Shown here in pieces: positions 53,031-62,588 of a DNA stretch of 64,000 nt. How positions within the stretch are numbered: the stretch's first letter is position 1; each line of letters opens with the position of its first letter. The notes under the pieces are model-generated. The model was not told the DNA's origin. It worked only from the letters and a program-made list of their open reading frames with translations, and made no database searches. The DNA is from an uncultured Bacteroidales bacterium. GTDB taxonomy: Bacteria; Bacteroidota; Bacteroidia; Bacteroidales; Paludibacteraceae. The DNA lies in assembly GCA_902792535.1 (NCBI GenBank), contig CADAZU010000007.1, positions 5,968 through 69,967 of the forward strand. The letters run 5' to 3'. Made by a program: the position numbers and the translations under genes.

Positions 53031-54013
53031 CATTTGCTAATCCGGGATATTTATTCTTATTGCTGCTGCTGTTCCCTATCATCGGCTGGTATTGGTATGA
53101 GTTGCGGAAAGCCGACGCGAGTGTTCAGATCAGCGACACTCGAACGCTGGCAGCGCAACCCAAGAGCTGGCGGGTTTGGATGCTGCACGTGCCGTTTTTG
53201 CTGCGCGTAGCGGTAGTGACCTTATTATCTCTCGCGCTCGCGCGACCGCAGTTGACCAACCGCTGGTCGTCGGAGAGCACGGAGGGAATAGACATTATGA
53301 TGGCACTCGATATATCGGGTACGATGCTGGCGGAGGATCTGCGACCGAACCGTCTGGAAGCAGCCAAACAAGTGGCGTCGGATTTCGTGATCGCCCGTCC
53401 AAATGACCAGATCGGTCTGGTTGTTTTCGCCGGCGAGAGCTTCACCCAATGTCCGCTGACGACCGACCATGCGGTGCTCGTGAACCTGTTCAAATCCGTT
53501 GAATACGGCATGATCGAAGACGGAACGGCGATCGGTCTGGGTCTCGCGAACGCTGTGAACCGCATGAAAGACAGCAAGACGAAATCGAAAGTGGTGATTC
53601 TGCTGACCGACGGTAGTAACAACCGCGGCGACATCGACCCGCAGACGGCAGCGGAGATCGCCAAGAGTTTCGACATCCGTGTTTATACGGTCGGCGTCGG
53701 CAGTTACGGTCAGACGCGCGTGCCGGTGAACACGCCGATGGGACGTCAGTACGTGACGATGGATTCGGAGTTCGACGAAGGGACACTTCGCCGCATTGCC
53801 GAGACGACCGGCGGTCAGTATTTCCGCGCGACGGACAACGGAAGTTTGAAACGCATCTACGAGCAGATCGACCAGTTGGAGAAGACCAAGTTGCGCGTGC
53901 GGGAGTATTCGAAACACACGGAGAACTTCGCGCCGTTCCTGTATGCGGCATTGATCTGCCTGCTGCTGGAAGTGATTTTGCGCTATTTCGTGCTACGCAC
54001 GATTAGCAATTAG
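53027..54013 (+). CDS. batA: Aerotolerance protein BatA (TM + von Willebrand factor A domain)
   Basis: 328 aa. MALDISGTMLAEDLRPNRLEAAK, VILLTDGSNN. Position in the operon supports the call. Confidence 0.88.
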   Translation: MTFANPGYLFLLLLLFPIIGWYWYELRKADASVQISDTRTLAAQPKSWRVWMLHVPFLLRVAVVTLLSLALARPQLTNRWSSESTEGIDIMMALDISGTMLAEDLRPNRLEAAKQVASDFVIARPNDQIGLVVFAGESFTQCPLTTDHAVLVNLFKSVEYGMIEDGTAIGLGLANAVNRMKDSKTKSKVVILLTDGSNNRGDIDPQTAAEIAKSFDIRVYTVGVGSYGQTRVPVNTPMGRQYVTMDSEFDEGTLRRIAETTGGQYFRATDNGSLKRIYEQIDQLEKTKLRVREYSKHTENFAPFLYAALICLLLEVILRYFVLRTISN

Positions 54014-54043
54014 AGATTTGAAGATTTGAAAATTTGAAGATTC

Positions 54044-55087
54044 ATGTTTAGGTTTGCAAATATAGAGATATTATGGCTGCTGTGGACGGTACCGGCTTTC
54101 GCAGTCGCCTATTTCTGGTACACCAAGCGGAAGAGAAAGCAGCTGGAGGAGTTCGGCGATGCGGAGCTGGTGGAGCAGTTGATGCCCAATGCCAGCCGTG
54201 TACGTCCAACGGTTAAGTTTACGATTCTGATGGTAGCTCTGACGCTACTGATTGTAGCTGCCGCGCGTCCGCAGTTCGGTCAGAGCGAGCGCACGGAGAA
54301 ACGGCAAGGTATAGAAGCCGTTGTGGCATTAGATATATCCAACTCCATGCTGGCGGAGGACGTGGCGCCGAACCGTCTGGACCGCGCCAAACAGATGCTG
54401 AGCAAGTTGATGGACAACATGGTGGACGACAAAGTGGGTCTGGTGGTTTTCGCCGGCGACGCGTTTGTGCAACTGCCGATCACCTGCGACTACGTGTCCG
54501 CGAAGATGTTTCTCAATTCGATCAAGCCGGAGTTGATCAAGACGCAAGGAACGGCTATCGGCGCGGCTTTGAACACTTCGATCCGCTGTTTCGGCGAACA
54601 GAGCGACGCGAGTCGTGCGATCATTCTGATCACCGACGGCGAGAACCATGAGGACGACGCAGTAGCCGTTGCGCAGCGCGCCAAAGAGCAAGGCATCCGC
54701 GTGCTGGTAGTCGGTATCGGCAAGCCCGAAGGAAGCCCTATTCCTCTGCCCGGCACCAATAATTTCATCAAAGACCGTCAAGGGAACGTGGTGGTGAGCC
54801 GGCTCAATGAAGAGATGTGCCGCGAGATAGCGCAAGCCGGAGGAGGTATCTATGTCCGCTGCGACAACACCAATACCGCCACCAAAGCCATCCAGAAAGA
54901 GCTGGACAAACTGGGCAAACAGGAGATAGAGACACAGGTCTTCACCGACTACAACGAGCAGTTCCAAAGTTTTGCTTTGATCGCATTGCTGCTGCTGGTG
55001 ATCGATTTCTTTATCTTCAACCGCAAGAACAAAGCGATCACAAGGCTGGATATTTTCGGAGAATCAGGAGTCAAGAATCAAGAATAA
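54044..55087 (+). CDS. batB: Aerotolerance protein BatB (TM + VWA domain)
   Basis: 347 aa. VALDISNSMLAEDVAPNRLDRAK, IILITDGENHEDD. Confidence 0.88.
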   Translation: MFRFANIEILWLLWTVPAFAVAYFWYTKRKRKQLEEFGDAELVEQLMPNASRVRPTVKFTILMVALTLLIVAAARPQFGQSERTEKRQGIEAVVALDISNSMLAEDVAPNRLDRAKQMLSKLMDNMVDDKVGLVVFAGDAFVQLPITCDYVSAKMFLNSIKPELIKTQGTAIGAALNTSIRCFGEQSDASRAIILITDGENHEDDAVAVAQRAKEQGIRVLVVGIGKPEGSPIPLPGTNNFIKDRQGNVVVSRLNEEMCREIAQAGGGIYVRCDNTNTATKAIQKELDKLGKQEIETQVFTDYNEQFQSFALIALLLLVIDFFIFNRKNKAITRLDIFGESGVKNQE

Positions 55088-55094
55088 GGACATT

Positions 55095-55796
55095 ATGAAG
55101 AAGATAGTTGTTATATTTGGCAGTCTGTTAATAGTCTCTATGTCGCTTTTTGCGCAGGAAGAGGCAAGCGACGTGCGGAAAGGCAACCGCCATTACCGCC
55201 AGCAGGAGTTCACCGAGGCGGAAGTGGATTACAGGCGTGCGATCGAGACCAACAAAGATAGTTACGAAGCGCATTATAATCTCGGCGACGCGCTCTTCAA
55301 ACAAGACAAGTACGCCGATGCGCAGGCAGAGTTCGAGACCGCGGCGAAGATGCTGGACAAGAAAACCGACAAAGAGCGGTACGCCAAGTCGATGCATAAC
55401 ATCGGCAACTGCAATTTTGCGCAACAGCAATACGACAAGGCCGTGGCGGCTTATCAGGAGTCGCTGCGCGCGAACCCGAAAGACAATGACACGCGATATA
55501 ATCTGGTGAAAGCGATGGAGATGTTGCAACAGCAACAGCAGCAACAGCAGCAACAGAACCAAGACAAGCAGGATCAGAAACAAGACCAGCAGCAACAGCA
55601 ACAACAGCAACAACAGGAGCAAAACCAAGACCAACAGGAGCAGCAGCAAGAGCAACAGCAAAAGGAGCAGCAAGACCAGATGGACAAAGAGACGGCAGAG
55701 CAGATCCTGCAAGCGCTGGAGCAAGACGAGCAAGACACGCAGGAGAAATTGCAACGCCAGCAGGGGCGTAAACGTCGCGTTGAAAAAGAATGGTAG
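55095..55796 (+). CDS. batC: Aerotolerance protein BatC (TPR) with a long Gln-rich tract
   Basis: 233 aa. TPR helices (YEAHYNLGDALFKQDKYADAQAEF..., NIGNCNFAQQQYDKAVAAYQESL). Poly-Q/Q-rich region encoded at about 55525..55680. Confidence 0.82.
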   Translation: MKKIVVIFGSLLIVSMSLFAQEEASDVRKGNRHYRQQEFTEAEVDYRRAIETNKDSYEAHYNLGDALFKQDKYADAQAEFETAAKMLDKKTDKERYAKSMHNIGNCNFAQQQYDKAVAAYQESLRANPKDNDTRYNLVKAMEMLQQQQQQQQQQNQDKQDQKQDQQQQQQQQQQEQNQDQQEQQQEQQQKEQQDQMDKETAEQILQALEQDEQDTQEKLQRQQGRKRRVEKEW

Positions 55797-55821
55797 GAAA
55801 TTTGGTTTTTCTTGGAATATT

Positions 55822-55879
55822 CGGCTTTTCGGTTCGGTCATTATGGACCCCATAACTCCCTCACCGGAAAAACCCAATC
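55822..55879. repeat. Copy 2 of the 56-58-bp intercistronic element
   Basis: Same core as 51041..51096 with a single difference (one extra C, AAAACCC vs AAAACC). Lies between batC and batD. Confidence 0.9.
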
Positions 55880-55920
55880 TTCTCAAGAACAATTCAAATT
55901 TCAGAACTAATTGCGTATGA
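55843..55920 (+). CDS. Possible 25-aa micro-ORF inside repeat copy 2 (MDPITPSPEKPNLLKNNSNFRTNCV)
   Basis: Its TGA (55918..55920) overlaps the batD ATG (55917..55919) as ATGA. Speculative. Confidence 0.2.
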   Translation: MDPITPSPEKPNLLKNNSNFRTNCV

Positions 55921-57779
55921 AATTAAAATTATCTATATTGACATTATTCGTCGGCATCGCCCTAACGGCGTTTGCCGATGAGGTCGTTTTTAGGGCGCAA
56001 GCGCCTAAACAGGTGGTAGTAGGTCGCCCGTTTCAGTTAACCTACTCGGTTAATCAACGCAGCCGCGACTTGCGGGCACCAGAGTTCACGGATTTTGACG
56101 TGCTGTCCGGTCCGTACACGAGCACGAGCAGCAGCACATCGTTCGTCAACGGCAAACGCACCTCGTCGTTCGAGCAGACCTATACGTACATGCTGATGGC
56201 GCGCACAGCCGGTACCTTCACCATCGGTCCCGCAACCATCAAAGTGGACGGCGAGAATGTTCAGTCCAACGGCGTGCGGATCCAAGTACTGCCTGAGGAC
56301 GAACAGGAAAGCAGTCAACCATCAGCAGGCAGCAGGCAGCAGTCTGCAGGTCAAAGCAGCAGCCAGTCATCGGCCGGTCAAGGCGGAAACGTCTCTTCGG
56401 AGAACCTATTTGTGCGAACGATCGCATCCAAGACGCGCGTACACGAGCAGGAGGCACTGATGGTGACCTACAAACTCTATTTCGCGAACGTGGACGTAGC
56501 GCAGTTGACCAACAACACCAAGCTGCCGGAGTTCACCGGGTTTCTGAAACAAGAGTTGGAGCAAGGCGAGATCCAGACGGAGTTGGAGCACTACAACGGC
56601 CGCAATTACCAGACGGCTGTGCTCTACCGCACGATCCTTTACCCGCAACACTCCGGCGATATCAAGATAGTTCCGGCTAATTTCGAAGCCGTCCTGCGCG
56701 TGCAGGTACAGCAACGTCCGCGGTCAATCTTCGACGATTTCTTCGGTTCGTACACCAACGTGACGCGCATGCTGACCGCTCCGGGCGTGACGATCCATGT
56801 AGCGGCACTGCCGGGTGGCAAACCGGCAGGATTCAGCGGAGGCGTAGGACGGTTCACCCTCACGCCATCCATCTCGCAGACCGAGATACAAGCCAACGAA
56901 GCCGTCACGATCCGTCTGGACATTGCCGGTTCGGGAAACATGAAACTGCTGAAGACACCGGCTATCGACTGGCCCGAAGGATTCGAGCCTTACGACCCCA
57001 AAGTGACCAATAATTTCAACACGACCACAGCGGGTGTAAGTGGTACCAAGTCAATCGAGTACCTCGCTATCCCACGTTCGGCAGGCGAATATACAATTCC
57101 GGCGGTTAAGTTCAGTTATTTCGACATCGACGAGAAAGCCTACAAGACGCTCTCGACGCCGGAATACACGATCTTGGTGAAACGCGGCGCAGGAGAGCCG
57201 GCAGCGAATGGCAGCCAGCCTTCCGGCGTGATCAGTTACACCCAGAAAGAGGACATCAAGCAACTGGGATCCGATATCCGCTATATCGACACGAAAAAGC
57301 CCTCAGCTGTCAGCCGCCAGCGTTCCGCTATCAACTATCAGTGGATATGGCTGTGGTACGTTGTGCCCTTGATCATTGCATTGATTCTGCTCGTCGTGCT
57401 GCGCAAGCAGATCAAAGAGGCGGCAGACATCACCCGCATGCGGTACAAACGCGCGAACAAGGTTGCCCAGAAGCGTCTGAAAGCCGCTGCAGCCGCCCTG
57501 AAGGCGAACGACAAAGACCATTTCTACGAAGAGATCGAGCGCGCGGCGTGGACTTACCTGTCCGACCGGCTCTCTATTCCTACAGCAGATCTGAATAAGG
57601 AAAATATCGCTTCTATCCTGCGCCAGAAGGGCGTTTCGGAGGAGCTGATCAAAGAGGTGATGGCCGTGCTCTCGACGGCGGAGTTTGCGCGCTATGCGCC
57701 CGCTACCGACCACGCCATGGACGACCTCTATGCCGACACAACGAACCTGATTAACAAACTGGAAAACGAAAAGATATGA
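55917..57779 (+). CDS. batD: Aerotolerance protein BatD
   Basis: 620 aa from the ATG at 55917. Signal peptide, ...QVVVGRPFQLTYSVN..., late TM WLWYVVPLIIALILLVVL. Position in the operon supports the call. Confidence 0.82.
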   Translation: MKLKLSILTLFVGIALTAFADEVVFRAQAPKQVVVGRPFQLTYSVNQRSRDLRAPEFTDFDVLSGPYTSTSSSTSFVNGKRTSSFEQTYTYMLMARTAGTFTIGPATIKVDGENVQSNGVRIQVLPEDEQESSQPSAGSRQQSAGQSSSQSSAGQGGNVSSENLFVRTIASKTRVHEQEALMVTYKLYFANVDVAQLTNNTKLPEFTGFLKQELEQGEIQTELEHYNGRNYQTAVLYRTILYPQHSGDIKIVPANFEAVLRVQVQQRPRSIFDDFFGSYTNVTRMLTAPGVTIHVAALPGGKPAGFSGGVGRFTLTPSISQTEIQANEAVTIRLDIAGSGNMKLLKTPAIDWPEGFEPYDPKVTNNFNTTTAGVSGTKSIEYLAIPRSAGEYTIPAVKFSYFDIDEKAYKTLSTPEYTILVKRGAGEPAANGSQPSGVISYTQKEDIKQLGSDIRYIDTKKPSAVSRQRSAINYQWIWLWYVVPLIIALILLVVLRKQIKEAADITRMRYKRANKVAQKRLKAAAAALKANDKDHFYEEIERAAWTYLSDRLSIPTADLNKENIASILRQKGVSEELIKEVMAVLSTAEFARYAPATDHAMDDLYADTTNLINKLENEKI

Positions 57780-58513
57780 GAAAGATATTTGTAATTTGTA
57801 ATTTCTTATTGGTCATTTGCTCCGTCTTCGCACAAAGCGATTTTGAGGCAGCCAATGCCGCCTATGCGGATGGCAGGTACGACGAGGCAGCGACCATCTA
57901 CCAGAGTCTGTTGGACGAGCAGCCGAATGCGACCCTATATTACAATCTCGGCAATGCGCGGTTCAAACAAGGCGAGTTGGCACAGGCGATTCTCAGTTAT
58001 GAGCGCGCCCTGCGGCTGAAGCCGAACTACAAGGACGCCAAATACAATCTCGCTTTTGCGCAGAGCAGGATTGTAGATAATATACCGGAGCAGGATTTCT
58101 TCCTGTCCTCCTGGGCACGTACGGTTCGCAACCAGCTAAGCGAGCGCACGTGGATCCGGCTCTCTATCGGGCTCTTTATCCTGGCACTGGCAGGGTTACT
58201 GCTCTTTCTGCTTGGACGCGCAATGTGGGTGCGCAAGACGGCTTTTCATACCGCTTGGATCGCCCTACTCTTCTCGCTCGTCACGGGGCTCAACGCCGCT
58301 TCGCTGCATAACAGAGACACCCTGCGCAATGAAGCTATCATCACACAGGGTGTCGTCAATGCGAAATCTTCTCCAGATCGCTCAGGAACAGACCTCTTTA
58401 CCCTTCACGAAGGCACCAAAGTGACCATCCGTGAAACGATCGGCGAATGGGTTAACGTCCACGTTGGCTCGAACGAGGGCTGGATCCGGAACTCGAACCT
58501 TGAGAGGATCTAA
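57776..58513 (+). CDS. batE: Aerotolerance protein BatE (TPR + TM + SH3-like C-terminus)
   Basis: 245 aa. TPR (YYNLGNARFKQGELAQAILSYERALRLKPNYKDAKYNL). C-terminal GTKVTIRETIGEWVNVHVGSNEGWI is SH3b-like. Confidence 0.82.
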   Translation: MRKIFVICNFLLVICSVFAQSDFEAANAAYADGRYDEAATIYQSLLDEQPNATLYYNLGNARFKQGELAQAILSYERALRLKPNYKDAKYNLAFAQSRIVDNIPEQDFFLSSWARTVRNQLSERTWIRLSIGLFILALAGLLLFLLGRAMWVRKTAFHTAWIALLFSLVTGLNAASLHNRDTLRNEAIITQGVVNAKSSPDRSGTDLFTLHEGTKVTIRETIGEWVNVHVGSNEGWIRNSNLERI

Positions 58514-59738
58514 CGGACGAGCCGCTCGTACGTGTAGCACCGGAGGTGCTTCCGGAGCGGGTTGATGTGTTGCTCGAACGAGTAGAACTGCTCTCGCGTT
58601 TCACAGTTGTGGTACGACCTGAAGCATCGGTTGTCTTCACCGTTGTGCGGGTCGTACCGCTTTTATTGACCTTGGTCTGAACGGTTGTCGAAGGAGCCGA
58701 CGAACGGGTCGTAGCTGGGGTATTGGTCTTCGTGCTCGTAGAGCGTGCCGACGTACCACCAGTCTTCGTAGAAGAGGCAGCGGTAGTAGTTGTACTAGAC
58801 GATCTAGTCGAACTAGTGGTACTAGAAGAACTAGTTGAACTAGAAGATTTAGCCGGCGATTTACTTACCTCCTGACGGAGCTGTCCGGCATTACGGACGG
58901 AGACGCCATTGGTGCTGCTCGCCGTACGGGTCACTCGTTGCTCGAACGAGTCGCTCGGATGCTGGGTAGCATAGTCGCTGCGAGACGCACTACGAGTCAT
59001 ATTCGTGTAGTTCGTGTAGAACACCGTCGTCGGGTATTCGCAGGTGTGGCAATAATGATGGTTCGCCATATAAGTCGTCACATACGCCTGGTAGTGGTTC
59101 AGATAGATCGGCTTCGGCTGGGTGTAGTATGACGGGAAATAACCATAGTTATACGGCGAAGTCCATACTGCATAGGTCGGACGACCAAACACATCCCACA
59201 GCGGCGGACGTTTCACAAACACCGGACGAACGATATAGTTATATCCGTACAGATACCGGTCACCCACTACCTCTACATACAGCGCGTTAGTTCTGCGCTC
59301 CGCGATCAGCGTAGCAACATCCTGAAACACACCATAATCCAGACAAGCCTGGATCAGGAAGGTATGGTAATAACCTTGGTAGGTCTCAATCACACGCAGG
59401 TAATCAATCCATCCGTCGCGGTTCAGATCCAAGTTATTGATCATATACCGGCTGGAGTTGAGGATCTGCTCAAACTCGCGCACCGAACGGCTCTCAGCGA
59501 ACGCCGCAGCCACGGCATTCAAGTCCAGATAAAAACACGGATCGCTGTTGTAGGTGGTCACGGTAACCGTGCTCACCGTGGTGTGTTTCGGAGCAGGAGT
59601 GGTCACCGTGGTCGTATAAACGGTCTTCACCGGAGCCACCGGCTCAACGGTCGGCGCTACCGTGAAGATACTCGTCCAACAGCCGGTCAGCATAAAGGAC
59701 AAAGGAACCAAGTACAATATACGAAGGAACTTTTTCAT
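58452..59738 (-). CDS. Hypothetical lipoprotein with an EF-hand-like loop and a ~150-aa Ser/Thr/Arg-rich tail
   Basis: 428 aa with lipobox ...FMLTGC. DLNRDGWIDYLR loop, a Tyr-rich middle, and an S/T-rich C-terminus. Its 3' end overlaps batE convergently by 62 nt. Confidence 0.65.
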   Translation of the reverse strand: MKKFLRILYLVPLSFMLTGCWTSIFTVAPTVEPVAPVKTVYTTTVTTPAPKHTTVSTVTVTTYNSDPCFYLDLNAVAAAFAESRSVREFEQILNSSRYMINNLDLNRDGWIDYLRVIETYQGYYHTFLIQACLDYGVFQDVATLIAERRTNALYVEVVGDRYLYGYNYIVRPVFVKRPPLWDVFGRPTYAVWTSPYNYGYFPSYYTQPKPIYLNHYQAYVTTYMANHHYCHTCEYPTTVFYTNYTNMTRSASRSDYATQHPSDSFEQRVTRTASSTNGVSVRNAGQLRQEVSKSPAKSSSSTSSSSTTSSTRSSSTTTTAASSTKTGGTSARSTSTKTNTPATTRSSAPSTTVQTKVNKSGTTRTTVKTTDASGRTTTVKRESSSTRSSNTSTRSGSTSGATRTSGSSVRSSQGSSSGSSPRSSQRGR

Positions 59739-59774
59739 AATAAATATTCTTTATTCATTATTCTATATTCATTC

Positions 59775-62435
59775 TTACAGCGTCTTCGCTACTTCGATTT
59801 CTTCAAATGCCTCCAGCATATCGCCCTGTTGCAGGTCGTCGTATGCCTTGAGACTCACGCCGCACTCGGTGTTGACACCGGCCTCTTTGATATCATCCTT
59901 GACATGTTTGAGGGACGCCAGTTCGGCGGTCTTGATCACGATACCGTCGCGAATGACACGCACTTTGTTGCCGCGTTTGATCTTGCCTTCGCGCACAATA
60001 CAGCCGGCGATCGTACCCACTTTGGAGATATGAAAAGTCTGGAGTATTTCGAGGGTTGCAGTTACTTCTTCTTTCACCTCCGGCGCCAACATACCTGCCA
60101 TCGCGTCCTTGATCTCGTTGATTGCATCGTAGATGATGGAATAGATGCGGATATCCACCTCTTCCTGCTCCGCCATCTTGCGCGCCGTGCCGGTAGGACG
60201 GACGTTGAAGCCAACGATCAGGGCATCGGAAGCCGCAGCCAGCATGACATCGCTGTCGCTGATAGCGCCTACGGCACCATGGATGACGTTGACCTGGATA
60301 TTCTCCGTCGAGAGTTTGATGAGCGAGTCCTTGATAGCCTCTACCGAACCGTCCACATCGGCTTTGACGATGATGTTCAGTTCCTTGAAGTCTCCGATCG
60401 CCAGACGGCGTCCGATCTCCTCCAAACCAATGTGTTTCTTGGTCCGGATGGACTGCTCGCGCTGGAGTTGCTCACGTTTATTGGCAATCTCTCGTGCCTC
60501 TTGCTCGGTCGGCAGGACGTTGAACTCGTCGCCCGCCTGCGGCGCACCGTTGAGACCCAAGATCGAACAGGGTTCGCCCGGACGCACTTCGGTGATCTTC
60601 TGGCCGCGCTCGTTGAACATCGCTTTGATGCGACCGTGGAAGGTACCGGCAAGCACGATGTCACCCATATGGAGCGTACCGTCCTGTACCAGCAGCGTAG
60701 CTACGTAGCCACGCCCTTTGTCCAGAGAAGACTCGATCACCGAACCTTTGGCACGACGTTTGGGGTTGGCTTTCAGATCCAGCATCTCTGCCTCCAGCAG
60801 CACTTTCTCCAGCAGTTCATAAACGCCTGTGCCTTTCTTCGCAGAGATCTCCTGGCACTGGTATTTACCGCCCCAGTCCTCTACAAGGATGTTCATGTTC
60901 GACAACTGCTCACGGATCTTATCGGGGTTTGCTCCGGGTTTATCAACTTTGTTGATCGCGAAGACCATCGGCACACCGGCAGCCTGAGCGTGGTTGATTG
61001 CCTCGATCGTCTGCGGCATGACGGCGTCGTCTGCGGCAATGATGATGATCGCTATATCCGTCACTTTCGCTCCGCGGGCACGCATAGCGGTAAAAGCAGC
61101 GTGACCCGGCGTGTCGAGGAAGGTGATATGCTGACCGTTCTTCAGTTTGACGTTGTACGCACCGATGTGCTGGGTGATACCACCCGCCTCACCGGCGATC
61201 ACGTTGGCGTTACGAATGTGGTCCAGCAAGGATGTCTTACCGTGATCAACGTGTCCCATGACGGTAATAATCGGGCAGCGGGACTCGATGTCCTCTTCGT
61301 TCACCACCTCGTCGGCGTTGATCTCTTCCACCACGTGGGCAGCGACGTACTCGGTCTGGAAGCCGAACTCTTCCGCCACGAGGTTGATCGTCTCTGCATC
61401 CAGACGCTGGTTGATGGAAACGAACAGACCGAGGCTCATACAGGTACCGATGATCTTGTTGACCGGCACGTTCATCATGACGGCGAGGTCATTGGCGGTC
61501 ACGAACTCGGTCAGTTTGAGCACTTTGGATTGCTCCTGTGCCTCCATCATCTCCAGTTCATGACGCTCGCGCTCCTGCTCGCGGCGCTCACGTTTGTGTT
61601 TCGCCGTTGTGCTCTTGCTCTTCGGCTGCTGCAGACGCGTCAGCGTCTCCTTCAGTGCCTTTTCCACCTCCTCTTGAGTAGCCTCGCGAGGCTGGTTCTT
61701 CTTGCCTTTGGGTTTGCTTTGGTTGCGTTTGTCGGTCGGGTCCACTTTGGCGCCCTTGATGCGCTCGCGTTTGCGACGTTCAGCCGCAGCCGCCTGTGCT
61801 TGTGCCGCCTGGGCAGCTTGAGCCGCCTGACGCTCCTCGCGCTCCTTGCGTTTCTGCTCCTTGGTCTTCTTCGCCGGACGGGTCGAGGTGTCAATAGACG
61901 CCAGATCGATCTTTCCTACCACTTTCGGTCCGTCGGTCACTTCCGGCTTACCGAGAGTGAATATCTCCGGCTTGGACGGTTTGGGTTTCGCAGCCTGCGC
62001 CTGCGCCTCCGCTGCTTTGCGTGCAGCCTCTTCGGCTGCTGCTTTCTCTGCCGCTGCCTTGCGTGCCGCTTCTTCGGCTGCTGCTTTCTCTGCCGCTGCC
62101 TTGCGCGCCGCTTCTTCGGCTGCTGCTTTCTCTGCTGCTTTCTCTGCTGCTACCTTGCGCGCTGCTTCTTCCGCCGCCGCCTTCTCCGCCTTGGCTGCCT
62201 CAGCCGCTTCTTTCTCGGCACGGGCTGCCTCTTCGCGTTCCGCCGCACGACGATCCGCCTCTATCTTCAGCGCCGTGTCCTTGTTGAACTCTTTCGCCAA
62301 CAGCAGATAGAGATCGTCGTCTATACGTACGTTCGGATCCGACGCCACGGGATGACCGTTCTTCTCGCACCATGCAGTCAGAGTAGCCATTCCGATATTT
62401 AATTCTTTACATGCTTTTATCAGTTTTATAGCCAT
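59775..62435 (-). CDS. infB: Translation initiation factor IF-2
   Basis: 886 aa. [29 protein letters not shown]. Ala/Glu/Lys-rich repetitive N-terminal region. Confidence 0.97.
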   Translation of the reverse strand: MAIKLIKACKELNIGMATLTAWCEKNGHPVASDPNVRIDDDLYLLLAKEFNKDTALKIEADRRAAEREEAARAEKEAAEAAKAEKAAAEEAARKVAAEKAAEKAAAEEAARKAAAEKAAAEEAARKAAAEKAAAEEAARKAAEAQAQAAKPKPSKPEIFTLGKPEVTDGPKVVGKIDLASIDTSTRPAKKTKEQKRKEREERQAAQAAQAAQAQAAAAERRKRERIKGAKVDPTDKRNQSKPKGKKNQPREATQEEVEKALKETLTRLQQPKSKSTTAKHKRERREQERERHELEMMEAQEQSKVLKLTEFVTANDLAVMMNVPVNKIIGTCMSLGLFVSINQRLDAETINLVAEEFGFQTEYVAAHVVEEINADEVVNEEDIESRCPIITVMGHVDHGKTSLLDHIRNANVIAGEAGGITQHIGAYNVKLKNGQHITFLDTPGHAAFTAMRARGAKVTDIAIIIIAADDAVMPQTIEAINHAQAAGVPMVFAINKVDKPGANPDKIREQLSNMNILVEDWGGKYQCQEISAKKGTGVYELLEKVLLEAEMLDLKANPKRRAKGSVIESSLDKGRGYVATLLVQDGTLHMGDIVLAGTFHGRIKAMFNERGQKITEVRPGEPCSILGLNGAPQAGDEFNVLPTEQEAREIANKREQLQREQSIRTKKHIGLEEIGRRLAIGDFKELNIIVKADVDGSVEAIKDSLIKLSTENIQVNVIHGAVGAISDSDVMLAAASDALIVGFNVRPTGTARKMAEQEEVDIRIYSIIYDAINEIKDAMAGMLAPEVKEEVTATLEILQTFHISKVGTIAGCIVREGKIKRGNKVRVIRDGIVIKTAELASLKHVKDDIKEAGVNTECGVSLKAYDDLQQGDMLEAFEEIEVAKTL

Positions 62436-62588
62436 GTCGCGTGAACTATGGCTCAGAACGATTCGCGACGATGTCGCTCATATGATCTTTCGCCATGTTC
62501 CCGCTCTTCGGTCCGCGAACACTACGTTCGGTTCACGTCCCGATTTACGAGAACGCCTCTTAGTCCATAGAGGGGTTAAGGGTTAGAC

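Noticed and set aside
55128-55892. 254-aa minus-strand ORF with long poly-Leu runs
   Set aside because: It is antisense to batC. The poly-Leu is the reverse reading of the CAG/CAA poly-Gln tract.
62010-62200. Tandem Ala/Glu/Lys-rich repeats ([15 protein letters not shown] x ~3) in the N-terminal region of infB
   Set aside because: Repetitive, charged N-terminal regions are a common and variable feature of IF-2, so this is not informative on its own.
59364-62402. 1012-aa ORF on the + strand
   Set aside because: It is entirely antisense to infB, whose GTPase motifs are unambiguous. The translation is low-complexity (runs of R, L, C, F), with no recognisable domain or start context. It is a typical shadow ORF in a GC-rich gene.
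62436-62588. Looked for a tRNA or other known RNA gene in the nusA-infB spacer because of a GGTTC...-like string
   Set aside because: I could not fold a cloverleaf. There is no acceptor/T-arm pairing or anticodon loop geometry, so I keep it only as a low-interest structured spacer.
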